In this document: one piece after another, positions 36,501 to 51,900 of the stretch
Numbering within the stretch: the first letter of the stretch is position 1
Layout of the letters: the number at the start of each line of letters is the position of its first letter
Source of the DNA: Trichoplax adhaerens
Lineage: Eukaryota > Animalia > Placozoa
Direction of reading: 5' to 3'
NCBI RefSeq assembly: GCF_000150275.1
Contig: NW_002060948.1
Span: 2,989,183 to 3,053,182 of the forward strand
Length of the DNA: 64,000 bases
The notes under the pieces: generated by a model
The model's database searches: none
Seen by the model: only the letters and a program-made list of their open reading frames with translations
Told to the model about the DNA's origin: nothing
Translations under genes and position numbers: made by a program

Positions 36501-39500
36501 ATCAACAAATCATCTCAAATTTGAGTAGCAATTACAATTGCCATACTAATTCTTGAATCTGCATTGCAATCGTAAAATGTTACTCAGAATAGTAGCTGCA
36601 TCTACGGTAATGGATTAAGTAATGCACCATATTTAGTAGTCAATGATATATCTAAAGGTCCACGGTACTATATGCTCACGCAATCGTAGACTATCTATAT
36701 TATTTATTACCATGCTTAGCAAATCTTTAAAAATTCAAGTATCTTACTGTGATATATACCAATCACGAAATTCCAAATTTTAGAAAAATAAGGGCTTTAT
36801 TGAATCTTATACAAAGATTAACTACACACAACTCTACTCTAGCCGAATACTACTACTAAAGACTTCTACAACGAACTAACAGAATAATCTAAAGTTGCAT
36901 GCTTTTATACTTTTCGTAGCATTCGCAGCTACAATCCGCATGGCAACCTTTTACCTTATTTTACACATAGTTAAATTATTCTTTGTAAGACTATTCTACA
37001 GCGGAGCATCATTAGTCCAATATGAATACGACTACAGTACTTACGTAGACATTGTTCACACCAGCCAAAATACAATGAATTAACCATATCCTAATATATG
37101 ATTTACAGTTCTATTTTTACCTATAGCCTTATTAGTAACTCAACACCTTACTGTATATAGTCATCTGTACTCTAGCATAGAGTCTCTACCACTACAGTCT
37201 ATAGTTATAGCTACCAAATATCTCTTAGGATAAATATCTACCGTACATTATACTAAACGTGGCTAATAGTCTACAATCATAATACTAGTTACATTACACT
37301 TACCCTTTGAATTTTCGCTAGATATTGAGAATTTGCGATAAAAGTAGGAATGAATCGATGAATTACAGCAAATTTTCACTTTATCCACTACGATACACAT
37401 CTAAGGTGTAAAAATGTACGCAAATTTGGGTCTATAATGCTGCTACAGTACCACATTTGTAGTTATTACCTAGATAGCACTCGACATATAACAGTCCTAC
37501 GCTAAGTGGTGTAGAATATACCTAAATAGTCAATAGCAGTAGAGCACAATTTCAATTTATTACGCCATACTGTTAAGTGTAAGCATAAATTTAGCGTAGG
37601 ACTAATAAATAATGGTATATAATTGTGTCAATTTCATTATGCTCTATATGGCATCGATAGTAAACAATAAAACAGAGAAACATAATCGTTATGTTCAATA
37701 TTAGTATAGGTTCAAAGTCATATTCAAATTATGTGCGACCATGACCACACTGATCTAATAATATTTTATTACGTCATTCTCATTGAATTCTAATAATGTA
37801 GGATATTGTGGGTATGCCAGCATGAACCCAATCATCACCGTAAAAAGCGGGAGTTACAATTTAGTTTCCGAACTATTTATATAATTATTTAGGATTAACT
37901 CTGGGTCGCCAGTACATGCAAGAGGAATACGCCTTCATTCATCTCCAGAGAGGATACACAAAACGCTTAATCACTTATTTCATACCATTTAAAATATTTT
38001 AAATAAGACAGTTTCAGTTCTTAACACTAGCACTACATTATAAACTTTAAACAAAAGATAAGCGCATACATAAAATTTTGCTCACTATGTATGCATCCGA
38101 ATAATTTAGGATAAAGTTTAATTGGATTCGACTACATTGTACCCGTTCTATTTGGTTATGGACACATTTCCGTAAAATCTAACCTCTTTGTACAATCAGT
38201 TGCCATTACTTAGCTAATATGAAGAATATAGACTAGACATAACTAAATAAATCATCATACAAATTGAAAGATATAATACTCATTTATAGCGCAACTTTTG
38301 TTTCATAGGATATGGTGAATTCAACATGACGATATATATATAATTTAAGAAACGAACATAAAACGTGTGATTCTCAACAGTTTGTTTTTGCAGGACGAGA
38401 TTTTGTATTATCGACCTTGAGTGCTACCTCTAAAGCAAGAGAAAATGGAGAGACTTTGTGAAATAATAGATGTGACACAACGGTACCAAACTATTGAATA
38501 TACTGTACGCGTATATACTTCGTAAAAGATGTTAAATGAGCACATTATCGTAAACCGTCAGTAAAGCGACGGGAGTTTGCACTAGTAGTGAATGAAATAA
38601 GTAATAGCTAATCCAGTTCTAGATTTGTTCGTCTACCTATGTTTAGCACTTACCTCCCTTAAATAACTATTAACTGTCAAATTAATGAGAATTAGAATTG
38701 AATGCATGCCATAAGATTATCTAGAAGAATTATTTTAGAAATAGCGATACTGTAAAGGCTTACATCCAGAATGTAGTTCTATCGCCACTACAGCAAATCA
38801 GAAGAATTCTGCAGTATGCTGACTTTCAAGCTCAAAGTACAACTCTATTTATCCTCTTTTGCTAATGTTAACAGCACTATATTCGTCACAGCTATAACGT
38901 TGCCATAGTATTCAGGTTAAGAATAATAAACCAACAGGAATAGTCTTTCTCGCATCTTCGTAAACTGCACAGTCACTTCTTGGTTCAACCCCTACTGCGC
39001 AATCAAAAGGATTGATTAAGTCTTAATTAAGACATTCATATCTCTTATAACAAAGTCCTTCATTGATAGAATTTGTTTCAATCTTTACGTACTTATCAAA
39101 AAATATATTTGCAGAAATATTTCTTGTTAAATAAGCTAGTTTTCAATTATTATAATCATCAAATTGAAATAAGTTTAAAACTAATATTACTGTATTTAAT
39201 GTCTATGGAATAGCATTTGATAAATATGCAAATACGATCGAGTAACCTCGATAAGAATGTTTACTATTTCTTAAAATAAGTAAATAAGTGCAAAGTTCTC
39301 CTGGTACGAAATGGTAACTATTTACAAAGCAAACTAACGATGCTTTATCCTTATTTCTTATAATGAAGGATTAAAACCATAAAAAGCTTAAGTTATGACC
39401 CCAGGGGTTTAAAATTTTATTATAAATATTCCAGATCAGCAGTCTTCAATTTATTTAAGCGACGAATTCATACCGCAAAGCAAAAACCTCCCTCGCAATC

Positions 39501-42500
39501 ATGATCAAGACCTGTATTCTAATTCCTTTCGCGATTATTCTCCTACTTTTACTTCATTCAAGTAAAGTTGAGGCTCAAGTAAGGCACAGTTCTAATTCAC
39601 TTTCTACAATGTTTTAGCCGTAACATACTATGCACTAAATGAATTTGACAGTGGTGCATCTCAGATAGCATTGGTCAATAGATATAAAATGTTTGTTGGC
39701 ATGTATGGAACGAGTAAGCTCCCAGATATCAAGAACTATCTTCAAAATACAGCATTAAAAATCTAACCTTAAATTAAAAAGTGATCAATGTAAAAGACTA
39801 GCATCAAACTTTACACTTGCAAGAAACCAAAACGAAATTTCATTTGTTAATATCATAGAACTTATAAAGAATATTACGTAGTATTGATACTAATTAAATA
39901 ATATAAATCTTTTATCTCCTTATTCAAATCCTGTGGTTCAACATTATAACAATCTTGTTCACTCTTCTCTAATCCAAAAAAATGTAAGAATACTATCACT
40001 TATGCCCGCATATCATTTATATCGAAGTTTTAATTTCCTATTTTATAATTAGCACAAGAGTTAATACAAAAAAGTAGCATACAGAGCACATTCACAAAAG
40101 TGGATATCTAATGTTAGTAGCATAATCAAAAGTGAATTTTAATATCTGAATATATTTCGATTCATAGAGGAGGAAACAAGTACAGAATATCCTCTGTGTA
40201 ACAGTAATCCTTGCTTTGCTGGACTGTGTTTCAATTCGAGCAATGGACAGTCTTATACCTGTGATTGCTTTACTGGTTTTCAAGGTGTAAATTGCGAGCA
40301 AGGTACGTACTATAGTATGACATTTTTCCCTTAAATTTAACAGATTTACCTTATACCTCAATCTTTCAATAACTCAGTTGCCAACAAATACAGTACATTA
40401 TCAAATTGAATATTTCAATGATCTATACTATAATGCGTCACTTCATATTTTGCCATAATATTTCCGATCGTTACACATCGCAGCAGAAGTATTCGTATTA
40501 CCGCTAACGGCCACTTTTGCTTAATATATCACATACTATTTTCTTTATAGTGATGTTAAATCCTTGCGCAAGCAATCCTTGTTTCGCTGGTCAATGCACT
40601 TATTCTAATCGAACGTTAGCTTACCAATGTAATTGCAACTCCGGGTGGTCAGGCCAATACTGCGATATAGGTTAGTATCTTAAGTTGAATTCATAGCAAA
40701 AACTTCTTTCATATGCATGCGCTAATTTAATCTCTGAAACAAGTCTGTTCAATCAATAATCATATTGCAATAAAGCTGATTTATATTGCGTTATCCATCG
40801 ATTTATAATAAACATTATTACACTCGATTATAGAATTATAAATAAAATAATCAACTTATACTAGCAATACGCAAATATTGCCATTTGCATGTACCATAGT
40901 ATACTGTATATATTTTTAAGTAATCTATCACTATTTCGCTCTATATTTTCATACACAGTCTTTAATTTCGATCACTTTCTGCGAAATGTAGTAACAGATG
41001 CTTGCACCAACAATCCTTGCTGGGCAGGAGAATGTTTATCAATATCCAATGGAACTCAATATGTTTGTGTGTGTGATTCTGGCTATACTGGAAGCAGGTG
41101 TCAAGAGAGTAAGTGAGATCGTTGCAGCTTTTATTATCATTATTATTTAGTATACGTATTACAAATTTGAATATTTTGCTAAAGCTCTAAATTGTTATGA
41201 TTAAAATTTTAATTGTTTATGTTCATACAATTACACATTCGCAGGAATTACTGATGGTTGCCAAGATCAACCGTGTTGGGCAGGTACATGTCAGCCAACC
41301 GGAGATCAAAACTTTACATGTAACTGCGTTCCAGGATACACTGGCAAATTGTGCGATCAGAGTACGTAGAAACTAAAAATTCTGCAAACTTACTATTTAT
41401 CCTTTGATATATCACGATTAACTTCAGTAATTTAAGAAAATAAGATAAAATATCTTTCCAATATTTTAATCCTTATTTTACTGATTTGCAAAAAATTTTC
41501 AGCTGATTGAAATTATCATAAAATACTAACAGTATAATGAATCCCTAAAATATTGTTATTACTAATCCCTATTATATTTCATCACTTAAATACTGTTACG
41601 TTTCTTTAATCTGAGCTTTACTTAATTGTACTATTAGAGAATTCATCGGTATTCCCTTGTGCAAGTAATCCATGTTTCGCTGGAACTTGTGTAAGCAGAG
41701 AATTTAGTAGCGGAAAATTCTATGTTTGTCAGTGTCCGCCTTCCTATACTGGTGAACGTTGTGAATCAGGTAAATCTAGCATTAATATAAAAAGCTACAT
41801 TGATGCTATTTAGATATTATATAGCACCTAGAGTGAGCGAGTACTACATTTATCAATTGCTAGCTAATAATAAAGTCTGTAAAAGTCTAGTAATAAAAAA
41901 TATCACTTATTAAGCAATACTTTAGTGAAGTCATTATAGAATGGGTTATTCAACGTAAGTCTTATTTAAAATAGCATCAAAGTATTAAAATACTGGTGAT
42001 AGTCTACTGTAAACTTAAGCCTGCAAATTCAAACCTATTTTCTTCTTGTTATATGTTATAGTGCGAAATAATCATCCTTGTCAAAAGAATAATTGCTTGT
42101 TTGGAACTTGTCAAGCAACTTCTAGCGTTTTCTACAAATGTAACTGCTATCAAGGATTTACCGGTGCAAGATGTGATCAAGGTAAGACGATAGAGATAAT
42201 GATGAGAATATTAATATTTCAATAATACTGTATAGGGTTACAATTATATTCCATGAACGCCTAGATATAGTCGTAAAATACTAAAAATTTATCTACCGTA
42301 CTTCTAATCTCAGCGGATGAGACAGTACTACCGTGTTATGTTAACCCATGCCAACATGATGGAACTTGCACAAATACGAATGCAGGTACAAACTACACTT
42401 GCACTTGTCAAGGGAGATTCACTGGCCGAAATTGCGATACCAGTAAGTATAATAATAGAACAAATTTATCTAAAATAGCAATTATGGCTAATAACTAGTT

Positions 42501-44282
42501 ATCCCAATGGCTTATCGTATTCATGTAAAAACAAGAAATAAAAAACCTTCATTTTACTCCTCTAGTTTACCCTAAACTTGTGTAGTTACTAGCCTAGTAA
42601 CTCAATCTGCATTACTATTATATAGTTATTAACGACTTCTGCAGTGATAACCCATGCGGTAATCGAGGAATATGCCTTGATATTGGTGACCGTCATCAAT
42701 GCGTCTGTAATCCTGGCTATAAAGGCAGTAATTGTCAAGGTATGATTAATTATAAAATCTTTAAGATCATGTAATATCTACAGTAAATATTATAAATTTG
42801 ATAATCTGCGATTTCATTTCAGTTCCTGTTTTTACTAAATCAATGCCGTACTATTTTTAAAATTTATTAGACATAGTAACCCTGGCTCCAACAACAGCAC
42901 CCACTCCTGCAGGTAAAACTTGAACTTTAATACGTTACATTTTACTGATACTTAACTTACGAATAATCATGGACAATTTGCTACAGCAACTGAAGCAGGC
43001 TGCGGTGGAACATATACTCAAAATACTGGCATAATCCGTAGTCCAAGATATCCCAAGGATTATACAGGAAATTTAGACTGCACCTACCAAATTATTGCTG
43101 GAACAAATCAAACGATTCAGCTAGAATGGATTGATTTTGAATTAGAAGCGGAGACACTTTCTATATGCTACGATAGTTTAACAGTATATGATGGTCAAAA
43201 GAACACCAACAACGAAGTATCACAGTACTGTGGAACAAATTTGCCTAGCAATTATCATTCTCGTGGCCATGTTTTGACTTTAAATTTCCAAAGTGACTCA
43301 TTTATATCTAATAAAGGATTTGAAGCTCATTACACTCTTGGTAAGCGTACAGAAATACTATAATACTGTAGGGAATAAAACGAACGGAATATATTTCTAT
43401 TATGCTTTAAATAGAAGCACAGGAAGATCAATAGTAAATTGCGAGATCATTGACAGTTAGAGAACACCTACTAATACAATTTTACTGCAACATGTTTGAA
43501 TAGTGAATGAGTCACACTCGCCATGCTTTTCTAGTCCTTGCAAGAATGGTGGTTCTTGTCAAAATGAAGCTGATGGATATTCCTGCTCCTGCACTAATGG
43601 CTATATTGGAAGAAACTGTCAGAATTGTAAGTGACTCCTATTTCTTTTCTTCAAAATTTTCTGACTAATCATCTTTACTTCTCTAATCTTAATGCAAGCG
43701 TTCTAATTAAAATATTATTTCACGTATAAATTTATTTTAGTGAGCGAACCGACTAGTACCATGGCAACAACAGGTATAATATTCATAAATGATCTCCATT
43801 AGTTATGAGGAAACATGCACAGTGATTTCAACTTTGCAATCACTAATTTATCTACTATATACAATCTTTCTCTAGAGCTAATTCTATAAATTCTAATGAT
43901 TTTGATTGCATCTGTTCATACAGATTTTGCTTGTGGCGGAAGTTTCACCAGTAATAATGGAACGATCATGAGTAGTAACTATCCGAATAAATACGATAGC
44001 AGCTCTGAATGCTATTATAGGATTCAATTGGATACTGGTAATAAAATACAGCTCGATTGGCTTGATTTCGATGTTGAAGGCAGTCAGTATCGATGTTACG
44101 ATCGGGTAGAAGTTTTTGATGGAAGCATAGCTGGAATTCGATTATTAAATAGTACATGTGGTAATCAATTGCCTCCATCTCTGACATCAAGTGGTAGTAC
44201 GATGACTCTGGCATTTTATAGTGATCTTTCTATTAATTATAAAGGATTTAAAGCTCGTTATAAACCTATACAAGCACCGTAA
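39501..44282 (+). CDS. Secreted EGF/CUB protein: signal peptide, 8 EGF, Thr/Pro linker, CUB, EGF, linker, CUB (~673 aa, 15 exons)
   Basis: Signal exon 39501-39578 ([26 protein letters not shown]); probable 49-nt exon 39665-39713; phase-1 EGF exons 40168-40302, 40551-40670, 40992-41108, 41245-41361, 41638-41769, 42062-42181, 42314-42442, 42626-42739; linker 42871-42912; CUB 42987-43340 ([18 protein letters not shown]); EGF 43504-43626; linker 43741-43773; CUB 43924-44282. Confidence 0.88.
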
Positions 44283-45989
44283 AAACTAAATAATCACTAA
44301 AGTATGTAAATTCGATGAAAAATTTATGACTATTATTCTACTGTGGCTACAGTTCGAAACCACAAAGAAATCACTATAACCTATAATGCATCCTTATAAA
44401 ATGTAATTGTCGTAAAAAGACAAATAAATAACGTTTATTGAAATGCAATATATTTTACATACTTTAAAGCTTTGCTATGTTATTAAATCCATCATCGTAT
44501 GGAATAACTTTTGCTATGGGCAAAAACCTTTCAACGAACTAAGATAGAAAGAGGTGATATTATAATTATTACTGTCAATACTGGTAAGTGGCAGTACAAT
44601 TACTTTGCCTACGGTTCACTGAGACACAAGATTTTAGATAGAATGATTAACCATCTGTTGCTATTACTTAATTAGCTGACAAAAATAAATTTGAGCGACC
44701 AATATGCTATACTGATGTTTTGTTTGAAGTTATGATATTAGGGTACTGTAGAATGCAATAAGAGAGACAGTACACACATACGTAATGCTAGATAAAAGTA
44801 GATGTAAAGTACCAGTACTAAACCGAAAATAGAAACATGCGATAGTGACATATTCACGATTTTTTGTCACAATCTTAGATACAATATAAGAAAATAAAAC
44901 TCATATGTTATCCAACTTTTCGTACACTACTTAAGAGGCTACTAGCTTGCATATGTCCTCTGTAATCATTCGATTGTATTTTCTTCATCTAGCAATAGAA
45001 TCTTTGGTTCTTGCTTTTGCTTAGTAAAGCAAATTGCCTATCAATAGATAGCACATCTAAGAAATTAGAAATATTGATTATATCTCTCATTTGTATACTA
45101 TAGCAAACTGCTTATTTTTAAAATATTATCTAAATAATGATAAGTAAGGTTTACGTACCTTCACTACAAATTAGTTGGCTTTTCAATAAAAATTGGGTCC
45201 ATAACTTAGTTCGAGAGGTTTTTTGATATTATGGCCTCCTAGCAATAGAAGAGTACGGCAGCGGGCTCGGAGTTTTTAATATCACGTTGTAAACGTCGAT
45301 CTAGAAGAGCTTTGAACTTATCTTTCCAAAGATGCTAAAGATTTAACCTTAAAAATCTAGATGAAGGCATAATATCATATGTTTCGCTTCCATTCTATAA
45401 AATAGTAAGTGCGTTCACTAATAGTAGAGAAAATTTCATCGTTTCCAAGCCCATAATACATTCTACCCTATTCGCGTATCTATTATATTATTACTCTAAT
45501 ATTCCCATAGGATACTTCGCTCTTAATATCCATAAATTTAACTGTAACATGATATTTGATCAATAAATAATTGTATCACAAAGATACAATAACATTATTA
45601 TCACATAGTAGAAACCTGTGGCAGAATCATGTTTTCCTTAGCTATTTTCCTTTAGTAAAAATAAAATAGCTATTTATCTGTAGATAATTTAATCTGTACA
45701 TCATTTACCAAACGAGAACAGTATCAAATAAATAATAGTAACTCGCTCAAAATTTCAACTAAAATAGTGACTAATGGTAATTACGTAAAAGTTAGCCTTA
45801 ACTTCTTCCTATAAACTAAAACCAATCAGTAAAATGGTTACTTGATACAATCGACCGCAAACGTAATATAAAATTATCATTGCTAAAGATTGATAGCTAG
45901 CGGTAGAATCTAACGTAGTACATTAACAATAAGGCTTATCGTTAATACAACCACATTGTATTAATAAGTAAATTTTTGTGGAATAAAAT

Positions 45990-48900
45990 TTGAAAATTCA
46001 TTTGCTTACTATTGATATCAAACAAAATCAAAGAAAAGCGTCAATTGTACAGATCAAAGACTTCAAATAATGCTGATAAACATCCGGTGCCACTTTAGAT
46101 GATCGGAACCCAATTATGATGTAATGCCAATCAATGATAATTTATCGATGGCATGACGTCAAAAGCTGAAAATCTGTTCATTTTTTTATTAACAGATGCT
46201 AATTTTATTTTATATTCCAGACACAATACAGCATAGCTGATCCTAAAAGGTTTATTAATTCTTGTGATGACTAAACTTAGTGACGACGGAAAGATAAATT
46301 ATTGATCATTGGAGTAGCAGGTCAAAGTAATTTACTGTAACATGTCAACAGGAACAATATCTGCTCAGTAATAGGTCTTAAAATTTATACGGATTCATTT
46401 TGCATTTATTCTCACTACTATGGCATCTAACTAATCAACACAGGATCAGTTAGCATAATTTGCAAGCAAGTTGTAAGATTATTGCGTAATCAAATCAAAT
46501 TAATATTCATGAAGATGAATAGAGCATATCCTGTACGATTCCTGACTTAAGTTTCATTTTAGAATAACATGAATAAACGGTATCCATTATCATTTAATGC
46601 ACCTGAGTATGTATGTTGCATAGACTGATCCTTTTTCAACTCTTCGGTAAATAGCAGAGATTATTTCACGTGATATAATTGCTTTATTACTACAATACAC
46701 CGAAAGATTGCACTTTAAATTTACTTCTATTAATTAGTAGACAAACAGTTATTATCGATAATTTATATCGTTTATCAATTACTCTTGTCTATACAATACG
46801 TAATAGTATATCCGTTTTTAAGCAAATTTAATTTTCTGTAACTTTCACATCCCATCATTTGAAACAGTGCTTTTAAGTATCGTTTAAAATCAGACACAAT
46901 GTCAACAATGAAATAACAATCTTGTTTACATGAACTATTATTCTATTGATAACCGATTCCATTTTCAGACAACACCTGCTAAGGTAAAAGATAATCCTAA
47001 AATGAATACTTCGCTATTGTCTCAAAAATATTCAAATTTCCTGATATTCGATTACGAGCTTGAATCTTGTTAATCCTACTGTAAATTACTCTTAATTGCG
47101 GTCATTTACTAATTATTACTATATTTATATTATTGTATTCTCTAGTAGAATTTAATTTGTTCAACTTTGATTTATGCAATGCTATCCACTTTTACTGTTT
47201 TTATAAAGGTATTTATTCGTATTTTAGTAACAGGTTTCTCTCTATCCTATTGATAACTGAAGACATGAAAATAAATTTTGACTTCTTTTTTATCTATCTC
47301 TAGCTAGTATTAAGGCTAGCTGTGAACATTATACACCAATAATGATTGGATGCGTTTATGTATTCGTTATAATATCCTGTAGTAAAGTATTATGGTGATT
47401 TTATTCATTTACTTATTCTTGTGGTACTCTGTATTTGTTGCATTTTCTAATAATCATTAATTCCAATACTAGCACCTAATGCTATTTTGGAATCCACGCA
47501 AATAGGATACTTTACTTAATTAAACATAAGATCTTGGGGACATCGTTTATATTGACATTATATTAAACCTTGTATTAGAGTTTTAAATCTTCTTCGCTTA
47601 TATCTGCAATCTCAAATCGAATACGGAGGATTTACTACTAATAATAGATACGATCTTTTACTTAATTTTATCTGAAGCAAACACATAATGAAAAGAATCA
47701 AATCTATGCATATATTCTAAGAGCTAATAGCCATATCTCAAAAGCATACGAACATCACTGATTCATTTTTCAACAATTTAAATCTATGCAAGCCTTAGTT
47801 CAGGATTTACATAATTTAATAATCATTCATAGTTAAGTTAATTCTTTTTAGTCATGACAATAAATCTATTTGAAATAAGATACACGTTCTGTATATCAAA
47901 ATATATCTACTATTACTCAGTTGATTTACCGCCTATCTTTAGTCTAGTATTATTTTTTTCGGCTAATAAGCATTCAGATAATAAAATTTTTAGGAAAGCT
48001 ACTATTGGCGCTCTACAAATATCATCGACCATGAGAGCATCATAATATGTGTTATTAACGGACTATTTTGCTAGGATAATAACTATAATGCACATTGCTA
48101 GATATAGATATTTCAGCGATTAGTACAGATTTTTTCTATCACCAAGATGGCCATAAAGCATTTTCTCATTATCAATTCATATCAGGTATAGAATAAAACT
48201 AATTCTATTTCTACATATATTCTTCAGGTAGTCCAAAAAAAAAGCGGTAATCTTTACAGAACTAATAAATATACTCTATTTCTACTAGAAATTTCGTCAT
48301 AATGACTTATTAGTTAAAGTGAAACTGCTCCAAAACCAAATCAATCTAGACTTTAGTTGCTATCGGTAGTTTAGCGTATACAATTTGTTAACGTATACTA
48401 ATAGTGGTCTAAATGTTCTAGAATAGAACTTTCATCTGCTATGTAAATAATTTTACTGCAGATAACACTTCTTGCCACTATGACAGCAATATCGGATGTT
48501 GCTTCTTGTTATTGTACGTCTAGACATCCAAGCTCAAGTATTAGTCTTAAAAAATCATTATCCTGATAAGTAAATATGCTTGGTTATTCAGATCAAATTT
48601 AGGCTTGGTAATACATTTTCAAAATCAAGAACGACTGCATATGTAATGGTAAAAACATATTATTTATAAGTAAAAATTAATCAAATTGGCTGATCATAAT
48701 AATATGCCATTCTACTAATACGTGGAAAATTATTACTGAAGTCTTGATATTCTCATAGTAAAATATTTGTTAGTCAAGCAAACGTTTGCATGAAAATTTA
48801 AATTTTTATAAAGAAAACGATATCATATAAAATTAATAAGCAATGGCGACAATCATTAGTAATGAAGCATTAGTGATAGAGAATAGGTAATCCTCTTTAT

Positions 48901-51900
48901 TCATTAAGTAGTTTATATTGTAAACATTATGGTCTAATTATTCCTACTTTAAATTTTAATAATTAATTCTTAAGCTTTAAGTAATACTTCAATGTCGCAG
49001 TAAGAAAAAAACCACCTCATTCTTATGGAAATATTTGTAAATTAAATCGATATACAATATTACTCCTTAGTTCTGTTATGTCTTACTACATTTGTACTAC
49101 AGAGGAAATGAAGTATCCAAAATTAGTGGATAATCCAAATAGTCGCCAATAGTAAAGTAATATCCATTCAAATAATATATTGGAAAAACTAATGTGACAA
49201 GCATTAGATGTAACTAATAGAACAAATTGTTAGTAGAGGCAAATATTATAAAGATTTTCATCATTCTTTCTTTCAATTGATTAAATAAAAATGTGTTTGA
49301 AAACGCTTTCAGATCATTACGAAAATAAACCATTATTCCAGTCTTATGAAAGCTAACATGAAAGTAGATCGATGCAGACTTTATCAATCGGCTCCATTAG
49401 AGGTAATACTCGTATAGCGGGAAAGATCAGAGATTAGTAACCAAATACTATATTTAGCAGTAGCAAAGTGCTAGTAATTTATGATAATTTAGACATAACC
49501 TGAACATTGAAACTAAATGATAGAGGACCACCATCCTCACTTGTTAAAAATAGATTGTAATTACTAGCATTATTAATTCGCTTCAATACTTTAAACATGA
49601 TTCTCGGTCTTTAAAACGTATTAAGCCCATGACTACAATTTAATTACTTTTGTTATCTTTTAGTTTTATGAAATTTACTTGAAGGCTGATAAAGTCTCTT
49701 AGCAATTTAATGAATCAGCGACAAAAATTATGCTTAATTTAACTATTTAGCTGCCGCAAAGATTCCATGAAGTTTAATATGATCGAATATAAAAGCAAAT
49801 ACTCCATTGGGAATATCCCTAAGAATCAAAAGTCTAAAAGCTAGTTCTTTATATTTTGATAAAATAACTTATACTACTTAGTATCAAATAGATATATAAT
49901 TTAACACTAGAATTTTTTATGAGCATTATTGTAAGTGATATCATTATATTGAAAGACGTAAAATATCAGCATGGCCAATTAATTTATTGAACTGTCAATC
50001 TATCGTACAATTATGTCGTTGTTCTGATATTTAGATTTAATTTGACTACCAATATGTGTATATTTGTAGCTGTAAGGCTTATTCAAAAAGCGGAAATCAC
50101 TTAATTTGGCCTTCTATTAAACAATGGTCGTCATTTTCATTTTTTTAACAACATGTACATAAACTAGATCTTTGCGACGGAGCTCGCTCCGAAATGAATA
50201 ATATTTTGATCTAACATGTGTAATAATGTTATTATCTAACGATTTCGGAAGTGGAAAACGGCGGTATTTATAGTTTAAAAATAGCGCACATGCAGAGAAT
50301 AGGATTGTAGAATTAGATACAACATCTACCGTAACAGGTTACAACATATCTGATGATTGTAGCAAACAGCGAGTACTGTAATAACTAAATACAGTAGCCT
50401 ATATATGAATTTGAAGTAAGCGGACTGTAGATATGTCTTAATATAAGAGCAATACAACATGCCTATATTTAAGAGTAGAATATAGTTACAGTATATTCTA
50501 AATACACTACACTAATCATACATGCATTACAGATAATTCTTTAGTCTTGAAATTCCAAACGTATGTGCTATTATCTAGAACTTATAATTTGAAATGAAAA
50601 GAATAACCCGCCGGTAGATAAATCAATCTTAATTATGTCTATTTATTTTTATGCTGTCTTCGAGTATTCCTTGGTAATCTCATAATTTATTAGTAGAATG
50701 ATTATTAAAATCTATACTATTTTCGATATCATTATGCTTAGCATATATTCACGTTTGTTTTATTATTTATTGAATCTTGCAAACAACATCATTAACTTTT
50801 ACGATTAACGTAGGCAATAAATTAGATTTATTAGCTCTATCGATTGAAATCTCCTTAATTAAATCTACTGTTGATGACGTTATGCATTGAATGGAAAATG
50901 TCTAGCTAATCATTGGTATAGAATATTCGAATGAGTATTTATGTTCTATATTTAAATACGTCTCTTCAATATGCTGATATTTGCTGTTAATAATAGTGGG
51001 CGAAAATGCCAATTAATTCTATCACTAGCAACTTTCAAGATTAAAAATCTCTTCAATAACTCTACTAGCAATCTTACTGTATCCTAGGTATATTTCGATA
51101 TTATGTAAAGTTTTCCTGGTGACCGTCCTTCTAAATGATTTTTCTCTATCCTTTTTACTGCTAAAGATCACTACAACTACGTAAACGAAATGATTAGCTC
51201 AATTAAGACCAATTCTGTACGATCAAGCGTATTTGTTAAATTTATCCTAATGTAGTTGACAAAGTGGTTTATTATCATCTTTACGTCAATTTTATTCCAG
51301 CTAACTTCTAACTTCTCATTCTTATAATAATAAATGATAATATTTTAGAAATAAATATAGTACTGCTCAAGCATAAACAATATCCATTATTGTAGATTAA
51401 TATTTCTTTATGATCGCCTCGATAAACAAGCAAAATTGATAAATGGCAAAAATTAGTTTCCACATAATCATCATCGTAGTCCTCTCGAAAAGTTCGAACA
51501 ATGCTTAAAGTTTACCAGGAGACTATCGATTTTCCTCGTCCGATGGATATCATTTAGGCTAAATTCAGCATTTCCTTCCCTGCTGTATGCTTATATCGTG
51601 AGCAATGCAGGTGTAAGACAGTGTAATATCGCATTCTAAGTTGATGATATATTTAGCAATGTCTACCGTAGGTGTTGTGTTCAACATGTGATAGATATTC
51701 TCGTTATAGGCTTAAATATTAAATATAGCTAGCTTAGTAACTGTAATCCTTTTGAAGAGGAGCGCTACAGTGCTCACACTAGAGCTTCACACGAAAAGTG
51801 TGAACTATCCTGTATTTGAGATACTAATACTGAAGTGTGTAGTAAGTAAGGTGCTAAGACTGTAAACACGGAAAAGTATATAAGCGAGTAGTTTAGTATA

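Noticed and set aside
33700-39400. Possible decayed gene between the protease and the EGF-CUB gene
   Set aside because: Scattered splice-like sites are present, but no consistent reading frame or motif could be assembled by eye.
45160-45395. Exon-like segment on the minus strand with AG/GT borders
   Set aside because: It has multiple in-frame stops and no family I can recognise; it may be a pseudo-exon but is unsupported.
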